Part shown: piece after piece, positions 44,317 to 52,308 of the stretch
Position numbering within the stretch: position 1 is the first letter of the stretch
Layout of the letters: the number at the start of each line of letters is the position of its first letter
IMG/VR virus record: IMGVR_UViG_3300044726_000110
Location: 1-52,308 of that record
Strand: one strand, 5' to 3'
Source: a virus
Lineage: Duplodnaviria > Caudoviricetes
DNA: 52,308 nucleotides
Translations under genes and position numbers: made by a program
The notes under the pieces: model-generated
Databases searched by the model: none
What the model was told of the DNA's origin: nothing
What the model saw: the letters and a program-made list of their open reading frames with translations, nothing else

Positions 44317-44957
44317 CGCCGGTTCCCCATGATGGTGAGGTACTCGTGGATCATTGGGATCTCTAGTCCGACGTGGCCGTTCGACATTGTCTTGTGTTGA
44401 ATCTTGATAATGCGCAACTGCTTTTCGAGTTTGCAGCGCACCATTCGGTGCTCAGCGGTGAGATCGTCGGTGAGGAAGTAAGTCCTTGTGCTGCGTTTAA
44501 GGCGTAGGTCAGCAAGCAGGAGGGCGATCCGTCCATCAGTGCTGAGCAGAGTTGCCAGCCACTTGAGGATATCTTCGCTGCGGGCGAGGAAGCTGTCGTA
44601 TGTTGGGGCTTGAGAGAGGTCATTCTCATCATGTGTGTACCCGATCATGTTCCAGTAGGGAGGGTGCCAGAAGATGAGGTCCACGCCCGCATCCGGTAGC
44701 TCGTGTTGGACGCCCTGACGCACGACCTTCTTCATCACGTCGCCGCCCTTGCGGATGTCGGTGGCGTACCACGGGACTTTGAGATGCTCGCACACCTCGC
44801 CCGTGGTTCCGCCGCCGTGCATCGGATCGTATACGAAGCCGGGTTGGTAGGTTTCGATGAGGTCTTTGATCAGGTAGCCCGACACGTTGCCACGAAAGAG
44901 TGAGTCACCGTACGGGCCACGGTTGGGGTAAGAGGCTACGGAGTCTGCAAATGCCAT
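44313..44957 (-). CDS. amino-DNA methyltransferase (N4-C/N6-A)
   Basis: SAM-binding YDPMHGGGTT; catalytic HPPY. Confidence 0.85.
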   Translation of the reverse strand: MAFADSVASYPNRGPYGDSLFRGNVSGYLIKDLIETYQPGFVYDPMHGGGTTGEVCEHLKVPWYATDIRKGGDVMKKVVRQGVQHELPDAGVDLIFWHPPYWNMIGYTHDENDLSQAPTYDSFLARSEDILKWLATLLSTDGRIALLLADLRLKRSTRTYFLTDDLTAEHRMVRCKLEKQLRIIKIQHKTMSNGHVGLEIPMIHEYLTIMGNRR

Positions 44958-44962
44958 AGCTA

Positions 44963-44991
44963 ATTTTACCCCAACGCTAGTGAGTTGTCAA
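44963..44991 (-). promoter_or_regulatory. sigma70 promoter (leaderless MTase mRNA)
   Basis: TTGACA-17 nt-TAAAAT; ATG 6 nt downstream. Confidence 0.75.
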
Positions 44992-44993
44992 CT

Positions 44994-45812
44994 CTACTTG
45001 TGGCCTTCCCACATCTCGATGTTGGATACCGAATCCGTGACGAAGGCGTTGACCTTGGCGGCGGTGATGCCGGCCCATCCAGGGATCAGCTTGTAGGCAC
45101 CCTCACCGGAGCAGTAGAAGTTGCGCAGCGAGCCGAAGATTGCCAGAGCTTCCCGCGCCCGATCCTCGCCCACGCCGGGGAGAGTCATCAGGTTGGAGAT
45201 CCGCTTGTCGATGGGTGCGCCCACGGGGAGCACGACATCGCGGATGGCATCCTTGCTGCGGAAGAACTTGTGCGAATCCTCTGGCTTGCTCCAGTATTTG
45301 ATCAGGTTGAGCAGGTACTTGTGCTCGTTCTGCGGGCTGTCCGCGTAGGTGACGATGACGCCGTGTGATTGAGCGCCGTTCAGGACGTTCATCAGGCGGT
45401 CGTAGGTACACGCCTTTGCCATGCGTGGCAGGGAGACGTAGCCCTCGCGGTCTACTTGGACCGGCGCGGTGATCAACAAGATGACCACGTCGTAGCACAG
45501 CAGCATGTTGGAGATCTGGAAGGCGAGGCGGTCGTTGTTGATCTTGCCCACCACGTCGGAGACGGTGCTGACTTCGATCCCGATGCGTGCTTGGCGTCCC
45601 AGCTTCTCGACGTGGCACCCAAGGAAGGAGTAGTCGCCGAAATCCTGGCGCTCGCACTTGATGGGGACGCCCGCGTATTCGAGGGCTTCCGCCGTGTCTT
45701 TATGCACACGATACTCGCGGTCATCCATGATGACGGTGGGGAGGCCGGATGCGGCTTGGGCTGACGCTTTCTTCGCGGTGCCCGGTTTAGGCAGGGGTAT
45801 CGGGGTTGCCAT
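44994..45812 (-). CDS. ERCC4/XPF-type nuclease with HhH motifs
   Basis: IMDDRE, FGDY, IEVSTVSD, LPGVGEDRA, IPGWAGITA. Confidence 0.8.
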   Translation of the reverse strand: MATPIPLPKPGTAKKASAQAASGLPTVIMDDREYRVHKDTAEALEYAGVPIKCERQDFGDYSFLGCHVEKLGRQARIGIEVSTVSDVVGKINNDRLAFQISNMLLCYDVVILLITAPVQVDREGYVSLPRMAKACTYDRLMNVLNGAQSHGVIVTYADSPQNEHKYLLNLIKYWSKPEDSHKFFRSKDAIRDVVLPVGAPIDKRISNLMTLPGVGEDRAREALAIFGSLRNFYCSGEGAYKLIPGWAGITAAKVNAFVTDSVSNIEMWEGHK

Positions 45813-46860
45813 CTGCTGGTGACTCGCTTTCTTCGTTCGTGTTGTTCATGGCGGCGCGGGCAGCGGTGAGTACCGCTTCGGCTTCCACGGGATCCACGAT
45901 GTTTTGGGTCTTGGTGACCTCGACGCGGAACTTCTGGAGATCAGTGTAGAAGTTCGTGAACGGGCGGGTGTAGTGACAGGCTTCGCCGCGATCCTTGACG
46001 ACAGTCATCTGCCGCAGGATACGGGGTTCGCTGCGGGTACCCTTCTCATCCATAGGCCGCGCCGACCACAGGATGACACAGGTGTCCACCATTTTTGTGA
46101 GTTTGCCCACGCCGGTTGGTTTCATTCCGAGTTGATCAAAGAGGAGGATGGGTTCGCGTTGCTCGCGGCCAGCCCCGGTCTGCATGTCGGTGACGTGGGC
46201 CAGCCCGATGAATCCAGCGCCCTTCGCGTTGTTTACGAGCGGGCGCATCGAGGCTTCGTACGTGCGGGACACGATGCCCCACGTGTCGCCGTCGAAGGCA
46301 CCGAATCCCTTCTTGCGCTCCGCTCCCCACGATACCATTCGTGAGACGACTTCGTCATCGAGTTGCAGGCCACGGATGTTGGCGATGAACTCTTGGGCGA
46401 GAGCGTAGGAACTGGACGCGAGGTCCACAATGATCCGGTCGCCACGCTTCGCTTGCCGCGTGATGTGGTTGGCAGTGCGGGCAACCATCTCCCAATTGGG
46501 GGCGTGAAAGACGTGGACGTTGCCGCCGTTGCCCTCGAACAGATGAGCGAACTCATAGCCATCCGAGAAGAACGTGGGCGCGGTGTCATCCGTGTCGATC
46601 ATGTAATACTGGTTGCCGTTCTCGGCCACGAAGTCGGCCTGAGCCATCTGCACCCACGCGTATGACTTGCCGCTGTTGGTATCACCAGCGAGGAGGATCT
46701 TGTCGCGAGGCGGGTTGAGCGTGGACACGACAGGTTTCGAGCCGAGGGTTTCGGGTGAGATCTGTGGGGCACCACTGATCGATGGCCGTGCGGTCACCGT
46801 GGGGCGGGACGCCAGTGACACCGGGGGTGCCTTTGGCGTACGTGGTAGGGGTTGAGTCAT
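45787..46860 (-). CDS. P-loop ATPase (Sak4/AAA_24-like recombinase)
   Basis: ILLAGDTNSGKS, IIVD, LAH, KDR. Confidence 0.75.
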   Translation of the reverse strand: MTQPLPRTPKAPPVSLASRPTVTARPSISGAPQISPETLGSKPVVSTLNPPRDKILLAGDTNSGKSYAWVQMAQADFVAENGNQYYMIDTDDTAPTFFSDGYEFAHLFEGNGGNVHVFHAPNWEMVARTANHITRQAKRGDRIIVDLASSSYALAQEFIANIRGLQLDDEVVSRMVSWGAERKKGFGAFDGDTWGIVSRTYEASMRPLVNNAKGAGFIGLAHVTDMQTGAGREQREPILLFDQLGMKPTGVGKLTKMVDTCVILWSARPMDEKGTRSEPRILRQMTVVKDRGEACHYTRPFTNFYTDLQKFRVEVTKTQNIVDPVEAEAVLTAARAAMNNTNEESESPADGNPDTPA

Positions 46861-46882
46861 TATAGAGATCCTTGTGATATGT

Positions 46883-46982
46883 GCTCAGTGCTGCCGATAC
46901 GTCAGGCTCCGACGTAAGGGCAGCACTGAGCCTAGATCAGTGATGAGTTAGAGGGCCGGGGAAAAGCGAAAAACCCCGGCCC
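46883..46982 (-). terminator. two hairpins between SSB-like gene and ATPase
   Basis: GGGCCGGGG/CCCCGGCCC (46953-46982) and GCTCAGTGCTGCC/GGCAGCACTGAGC (46883-46931). Confidence 0.6.
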
Positions 46983-46999
46983 CCTGAACGCCCGATCTC

Positions 47000-47638
47000 T
47001 TAGGCGCTTGCAGCGGCACCGCGCTTGCCAGCCGGTTCCTGCCCCTTGATGTAGGCAGGCGGGAGGCCAAGCTCGGTGCGGACATCGTTGTCGATGCCGT
47101 ACAGATCTTCGGCGCGGAACTGGCGGCGGCTGGTGCCGTCACGCTGTTCCACGGCACGCTGGATGCGGCGGAAGTGGAGTCCGACGAGATCTTTGACGGA
47201 CTCGAAGTGGAAGAACGCGGCGTTGGCCGGGTTCGCGGACACACCGAGAGCTTCGAGGTCGGTGAGGAACACCCCGTAATCGGACTGCCGGCCTGGATCT
47301 GCGCGGGAGCGCTGGCCGTCCTTCTCGACTTCGCGGGGGAGGTTGAGGTACCACTGGATGTCGCCCGTCTCGAAGCCCTTCTCGAAGGCGTCATCGACCC
47401 GAAGGTGGATGATCATCTGGTCCTGGGTGGTGTAGTATTCGCCGGGCTTGGTCTTGGACTCAAGCTCCTCGCCGCCCCGCTTGCCCTCGATGCCGATGAT
47501 CGTGACGCCGAGGTCGGCCATCATGCCATCGCTGAGGCTTTCGACCGATGTGGTCAGGGTGGAGAACATGTTGAGGGTGTCATCATCGACACCGAGGACG
47601 GTTGGTCGCCCCTTGGCGACAGCGGTTGCTTCTGCCAT
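47000..47638 (-). CDS. putative single-stranded DNA-binding protein
   Basis: Next to Sak4-like ATPase; strong promoters; beta-rich; inferred from context only. Confidence 0.45.
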   Translation of the reverse strand: MAEATAVAKGRPTVLGVDDDTLNMFSTLTTSVESLSDGMMADLGVTIIGIEGKRGGEELESKTKPGEYYTTQDQMIIHLRVDDAFEKGFETGDIQWYLNLPREVEKDGQRSRADPGRQSDYGVFLTDLEALGVSANPANAAFFHFESVKDLVGLHFRRIQRAVEQRDGTSRRQFRAEDLYGIDNDVRTELGLPPAYIKGQEPAGKRGAAASA

Positions 47639-47736
47639 GTTAAGTTAGGATCCTTCTTGTAACACTGGTGGTTGGTCGTTAACGGTGGGATCGTCCAGAG
47701 GTCAAAGTGGTGGTAATTGGCAACTCCTGTAAGTAA

Positions 47737-47818
47737 ATACTAGCACACGTGAGTAGTGTTGTCAACAGTACAAAAACGGGCAGAACGTTATAGTACGCCT
47801 GCCCGTTTTCGCTGTCAA
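47737..47818 (-). promoter_or_regulatory. tandem sigma70 promoters overlapping a hairpin
   Basis: TTGACA-17-TAGTAT (47737-47765); TTGACA-17-TACTAT (47790-47818); AAAACGGGCAG/CTGCCCGTTTT. Confidence 0.75.
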
Positions 47819-47832
47819 GCCCTCATCAGGAG

Positions 47833-49596
47833 CTAGGGCACATACCCGATGGCGGCACCGATGCGGGGGAGCATCTTCGCTATGTCGGGGTAATACTTCC
47901 ACCCGTCGATGCGCATCGACTCCTTGAACCACTGCGGAAAGTGCTTCCCGTTCTTGGCCCAAAAGAACTTGAACGACTCATCCAGGATGATGGTTGGGCC
48001 GTTGTGTTCCTGCGTCCGCTTGACCCGGCCCGCCGTCTGGACGATCTGGCAGATGGTGTAGTAGTCGTAGAAGAACGGGTCTACCTCTTTGCGCTTCGCT
48101 ATCACGGGGTCAGTCGTGGGCGGGAACGACAGCTTCGTGATGATCTGCCACTGCGGTATGTTGGGTAGGTCCAAGCCAGTCGAAATCGATTGGCCCAGCA
48201 GTACCTTCGGTTCCTCATCCGCTACGAAGTCAGCGATGGCTGCGTCCTTCATCTTGAAGCGGGCGTACTCGTTAGAGCGTCCGTCGTACGAGATGATGCG
48301 GGAGCGGTAGCGGGTTTGGGTCAGGAGTTCGTCGCGCATCTTCACCGAGGGGACATGGATGAGTCCCTTGTCGGCGTGGTGCTTGGCGAGGAAGGCGTCC
48401 ATCACCGCGAAGAGGTACTGCTTGGCGCGGGGTGTGATCTTGTAGTTCACCCGCACCGTGGGACAGTACAGGATCAGCGAGCGCACCCGGTTGAACACCT
48501 TGGGGCCGATGATGACTTCGACATCTTCTTCCTTGAGGCCCAAGTTTTTCATGAGGAGGGTGGGCGCAAGGTAGGCGCTCATAATGATCACCTTCTCTTT
48601 GGCACCATCCAGGATCCGCTTGAAGCCGTACTTCCCGTAGATGGGCCGCGCCGACCACTCCTTGTTGTTGCGGTCAGGCTCGCAGATGACCCACTCCTCC
48701 AAGTCCTCATCCTTGAGTTCGCGGATGGTGTTGAAGGCTTCGGTCACGCGCTGCACGACTTGCAGTGCCTTGACGATAAGCTGGATCGCTTGGCCCTTGG
48801 ACTGGTACATCTCAGCGGTCAGGATGATCTCACCCTCGCCGTTGAAGGGGAGGCCCAGCCGTAGGGCTTCCTTGTCGATGGACTTCTTGAACTGTTGCAG
48901 CGCCTTGAGGCCGTCCAGCTTCACCCACAGGCGAAGCTCCTTCATATCATAGGTGCCGATGTTCTTGATGAGGGGGACGCCGATCTGCTTCATGTCCGCG
49001 AGGCGGAACTCCACGATGGCGGCGCTCATCAGGATCTGGTCCAGGTCGTGGCCCTCGTCGCAGATGATCCAGTCCCGCTGGCCGAAGGCGCTGATCTTCT
49101 CGCCGTCCGTTTCGTGCAGCCAGTAGGCGTAGTTGTGGATGGAGATCTTGGCGCGGGCTGCGGCAGCTTTTCTCTTGAAGTAGTGGCAGGTGGGCACGTC
49201 GAGGGGCATGCCCTGCTTGCTCCACGTTCCCTTTAGACTACATTTCGCGCCGACCGTACACGGTGCATCCTTGGCCGACTGGAACGTCAGATTGCACTCG
49301 GAGTGCGACCGCCCGTTCATCAGGATCAGCCCCTGGATATCGTTGAGGTACTGTTCCTGTAGCTGGATGGTTTGCGTCAGGACAATGGCGGTCTTGTCAG
49401 CCGCGATTGCAGCGGACGTAGGGATAATGGACTTGCCGCTGCCGCATTCGGCTTCCAGCATGATGATCTTCTTTGGCGAGTTGGCGATCATCTCTGCTAG
49501 TTCTTGTTGCCCCGCTCGCCATTCCCATTCAGGGGGCGTCAGCCCGAGGCTTGCGAGATCGTTTGGCATTGTTTGGGTGCGTACTGCTACTGGCAT
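47833..49596 (-). CDS. DinG/YoaA-like SF2 helicase with Fe-S cysteines
   Basis: Q motif RAGQ, AECGSGKS, DEGH, SA, GLDLP, QTAGRVKR. Confidence 0.9.
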   Translation of the reverse strand: MPVAVRTQTMPNDLASLGLTPPEWEWRAGQQELAEMIANSPKKIIMLEAECGSGKSIIPTSAAIAADKTAIVLTQTIQLQEQYLNDIQGLILMNGRSHSECNLTFQSAKDAPCTVGAKCSLKGTWSKQGMPLDVPTCHYFKRKAAAARAKISIHNYAYWLHETDGEKISAFGQRDWIICDEGHDLDQILMSAAIVEFRLADMKQIGVPLIKNIGTYDMKELRLWVKLDGLKALQQFKKSIDKEALRLGLPFNGEGEIILTAEMYQSKGQAIQLIVKALQVVQRVTEAFNTIRELKDEDLEEWVICEPDRNNKEWSARPIYGKYGFKRILDGAKEKVIIMSAYLAPTLLMKNLGLKEEDVEVIIGPKVFNRVRSLILYCPTVRVNYKITPRAKQYLFAVMDAFLAKHHADKGLIHVPSVKMRDELLTQTRYRSRIISYDGRSNEYARFKMKDAAIADFVADEEPKVLLGQSISTGLDLPNIPQWQIITKLSFPPTTDPVIAKRKEVDPFFYDYYTICQIVQTAGRVKRTQEHNGPTIILDESFKFFWAKNGKHFPQWFKESMRIDGWKYYPDIAKMLPRIGAAIGYVP

Positions 49597-50377
49597 CTTC
49601 TTCGACGGGATCCTTTAGGTTATCAGTGGAGACTGGAATTGCGTCCAAGTCTTGCACGGTTTGGCGCTTCGCGATGTTCACTAGGTCATCATACTGCTCC
49701 AAGATTTCTTCGTCAGTTATTTGGCCGAGCATTATCAGCTTGACGATGATGCCTGATACGTCGGGGGTGCGAATGAGCGCCTTGATCATGGCGGCTTCCC
49801 AATAGGTGTCCACCTCGCGGATGCGACGGGCACCGTCGAACCACTGAGTGATGGCGTTGGCCGCTTGTGGGTAGTCTTGATTAGCCATCATGTCCCGCAG
49901 CATATCCGCGAGGCGAGCGGCCTTCTCCTTGGCGTCGGCGCGCACATTGGCGTGGGCCACGAGTTTGCCGCCGGTCTGTTCAAGGAATAGCTGTGCGGCG
50001 AGCATGGGGGTCGTGGATACCTCGCCCTTATCCATCTGCTCCTGGATGCCGCGTAGCTTCTTGAAGCCTTCGACCGCGAACCACCGCATGAGATCGCCAT
50101 TGGTTTTCCACACCGCCTTCGGCATGCGTGAGCCGATCTTGTCACGGAACTCCTCGAACTGTCCCATCATGGAGACAGGGAGCCGCGTCGAGATGACTAC
50201 AGTCTCCTCACCCGGATACGTTCGTGCCGGGTAGTCAACGATGTCATCCAGTATGGAGACAGCCGTGGGGAATGCGTCAACATCGAGCAGCGTCTCTTTG
50301 AAGGGATCAGCCTTAGCTGGCTCCCCCTCTTTCTCTAGCGCGCTGAGGATGTCGTCGAGATCGTCCTGTGGTGGCAA
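49529..50377 (-). CDS. hypothetical protein with ribbon-helix-helix-like motif
   Basis: VISTRLP...TNGDLMRW. Confidence 0.6.
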   Translation of the reverse strand: MPPQDDLDDILSALEKEGEPAKADPFKETLLDVDAFPTAVSILDDIVDYPARTYPGEETVVISTRLPVSMMGQFEEFRDKIGSRMPKAVWKTNGDLMRWFAVEGFKKLRGIQEQMDKGEVSTTPMLAAQLFLEQTGGKLVAHANVRADAKEKAARLADMLRDMMANQDYPQAANAITQWFDGARRIREVDTYWEAAMIKALIRTPDVSGIIVKLIMLGQITDEEILEQYDDLVNIAKRQTVQDLDAIPVSTDNLKDPVEEDASSSTHPNNAKRSRKPRADAP

Positions 50378-50404
50378 CGTAGCTCGTCTTTCGCTTGTCT
50401 GCTC

Positions 50405-50433
50405 AGTGTACCCGGTGCGTGGTGTGTTGTCAA
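50405..50433 (-). promoter_or_regulatory. sigma70 promoter
   Basis: TTGACA-17 nt-TACACT. Confidence 0.75.
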
Positions 50434-50555
50434 CACCACCGCACAGCTAATTGCGGATCGAGTAACGTTCGGGATACAGCAGCAGCAAAAGGTAAAAGAG
50501 AGTGGTGGCTAGAGCGGGCACAAGTATAGCAAGGTGCAGTACGAGGCGCAAGCGC

Positions 50556-50792
50556 CTAAACATCACCGCGTTCGTTGCGAATGGCGGCGCACTGCTCGTC
50601 AATGCGGAGCTTGGAGATCCACGTGGAGAGGGTGCTGTTGTCGATGTCTAGTGCATCGGCGGCTAGCTTGTCGGTGTCGTGATCAACGAGGGCGTCGATC
50701 AGGATGTCTCGTATGTCTTTGCCGTCGTTGTCGCGCTCAAGCTGGCGCATGGCGAGCGACTTCTTTACTGGTGTCCAGCTTGCTACACTCAT
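50556..50792 (-). CDS. small HTH DNA-binding protein (78 aa)
   Basis: AADALDIDNSTLSTWISKL. Confidence 0.75.
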   Translation of the reverse strand: MSVASWTPVKKSLAMRQLERDNDGKDIRDILIDALVDHDTDKLAADALDIDNSTLSTWISKLRIDEQCAAIRNERGDV

Positions 50793-50794
50793 GT

Positions 50795-50867
50795 TTATAA
50801 GGTAGCAGTTTGAAGCTAGGTTGTCAATGCTCGTTCGTTGACAGCTACCTCTATTATAAGGTAACGT
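50795..50867. promoter_or_regulatory. back-to-back divergent promoters with repeated operator-like TTATAAGGTA
   Basis: Left TTGACA-17-TACCTT; right TTGACA-18-TAACGT; TTATAAGGTA at 50795 and 50854. Confidence 0.65.
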
Positions 50868-50873
50868 GCCAGC

Positions 50874-51653
50874 ATGCCAGAACCTAATGACGGCTACGAA
50901 GGCATCACTGTTCCACCAGGATTCGATCCTCTGAAGAACTGCGGCGCGAAGTTGCGTAAGAAGGGCAAGCTGTGCATGAACGAGTGCGGCTTCAGGACCG
51001 AGGATCTCGGTAATCCCCTGAAGCGGTGCTATCTTCACGGGGGGCTGACTCCGGTGAAGAGTGGTGAGTTTAGCAAGATCGTGGGTGGACGTGTGCCAGC
51101 AAAGAACCGCGTCTCCCTGCGTGACCAGATCGAGGAGATGCGGCGCAGCCCTGACCTCCTAGCACTGGACGAGCAGATCGCTGTCCTCAAGGCAGTGATT
51201 CGCCGCAAGGTAGACATCGCTGAGGATAGCTGGGATCGTTATGACGCATACTTGGACGCTTGTAAAATCGCTGCCCAAACGAATGGCGCGATGCCTGACG
51301 CTACAATGGTACCCGGCCTGCCTCATGAAGAGATGTCTCTGCTCAGTAAGCTCGTGGGCCAGGAATACGAGATGCGATTTAGCAAGCGCTTCAGCGTCCC
51401 CTTGTTGGAAGTGCAAGCGCTCGTCGCTCAAATCGTGAACGCGTTCAACGAGACTGCCACGCGCTACAATATTAGTGATGAAGCGCGGCGCTCCTTCGCC
51501 GTCAAGATCGCAAACCTCAAGACGGCCCGCGTTGGTGAGGATGCACAGCTTAGCCGCGCAGGACTCGGCCCTGTACTTGAGGCACCGCGCAGCATGGATG
51601 AGCAGACCGTTATCGACGTGACACCAAGTGGGGCCGACGTTGCAGCCGGATAA
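50874..51653 (+). CDS. HGGxSTG-motif protein, probable terminase small subunit
   Basis: CGAK...C...RCYLHGG, followed by helical LDEQIAVLKA region. Confidence 0.7.
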   Translation: MPEPNDGYEGITVPPGFDPLKNCGAKLRKKGKLCMNECGFRTEDLGNPLKRCYLHGGLTPVKSGEFSKIVGGRVPAKNRVSLRDQIEEMRRSPDLLALDEQIAVLKAVIRRKVDIAEDSWDRYDAYLDACKIAAQTNGAMPDATMVPGLPHEEMSLLSKLVGQEYEMRFSKRFSVPLLEVQALVAQIVNAFNETATRYNISDEARRSFAVKIANLKTARVGEDAQLSRAGLGPVLEAPRSMDEQTVIDVTPSGADVAAG

Positions 51654-52308
51654 CTTCCAGACTGGACTCATACAGAATCCATTTGATGGCCGCGACTTCG
51701 GCCATGTTATGGGTAGTGTGCTAGCACGGGTGGCACCGACGATACCGTCGTCCCGCTACTGGTATCCAGGACTTGTCACGATCAACCAAGGGAACGTGGG
51801 CGCGTGCGTTGGCTTTACCGGGGCCAACTGGATGCAGAACTCACCGGTGCGCACACCTGTTACATCACAGACGGGGTTTGACCTTTACTATGCGTGCAAG
51901 AAAATCGACGGGATCCCCAACATTGAAGGAACGTATAGCCGCGCACTACTGGAAGTCCTTCGTGGACTCGGCAAGGTCAAGCGATACCTCTGGGCGACAA
52001 CGCCAGTTGATCTTAAGGATTGGGTACTCGGAATTGGACCAGTTCTTGTGGGGACAACTTGGCGATACGGGATGTTTAACCCCGACGCCAAGGGGTTCGT
52101 ATCCTGTACGGGTGAGGTCGTTGGGGGACACGAGTATCTTGTTCGTGGATACTCTCGACCCCTCGATGCCTACCGTTGTCGAAACTCTTGGGGCAGTTCT
52201 TGGGGTATCGGACTTGGCTCACGTTGGTCCGGCTACGGTGGTGAGTTTTGGATCAAGCGAGCCGACCTAGAAGGAATGATCTGGCCGCAGCCCGGTTCCG
52301 GTAACTGG
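51640..52308 (+). CDS. papain-like (C1) cysteine protease, 3' truncated; absent from ORF track
   Basis: Frame +1 hand translation: NQGNVGACVGF, GGHEYLVRGY, RNSWGSSWG; no stop before window end; start TTG 51640 or GTG 51628. Confidence 0.88.
   Translation, partial: MQPDNFQTGLIQNPFDGRDFGHVMGSVLARVAPTIPSSRYWYPGLVTINQGNVGACVGFTGANWMQNSPVRTPVTSQTGFDLYYACKKIDGIPNIEGTYSRALLEVLRGLGKVKRYLWATTPVDLKDWVLGIGPVLVGTTWRYGMFNPDAKGFVSCTGEVVGGHEYLVRGYSRPLDAYRCRNSWGSSWGIGLGSRWSGYGGEFWIKRADLEGMIWPQPGSGNW

Noticed and set aside
51773-52270. 165-aa ORF from the track
   Set aside because: Overlaps, in another frame, the papain-like ORF that has a complete catalytic motif set
1-52308. Prophage or complete circular genome
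   Set aside because: No integrase, att site or host genes; ends do not overlap and the last ORF is truncated

Overview
The window is a large, apparently incomplete part of a ~60% GC tailed dsDNA phage (siphovirus-type). It has no terminal redundancy, and an ORF runs off the right edge. Layout: (i) 1-4.2 kb, leftward early-type microgenes separated by long hairpins; (ii) 4.3-5.45 kb, non-coding, with a dense GACATAA array, an AT-rich tract and a 42-bp periodic repeat; (iii) 5.46-9.7 kb, an accessory region delimited by four alternating copies of a 20-bp motif and containing a secreted matrixin protease and a MazG-like enzyme; (iv) 9.7-35.75 kb, rightward packaging, head and tail genes; (v) 35.7-50.8 kb, leftward nucleotide metabolism, replication and recombination genes; (vi) a divergent HGG-motif TerS-like gene and a papain-like protease. 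The most unusual points: both the large terminase and the family A DNA polymerase are split into two genes with no intein or intron, the polymerase halves being separated by four microgenes. A structured RNA with switchable RBS pairing follows the capsid gene. There is a holin-like cluster but no peptidoglycan hydrolase; the two proteases and a Chloroflexota-like C-terminal sorting tail suggest a Chloroflexota host (inference). All calls come from reading motifs by eye; no database searches were run.
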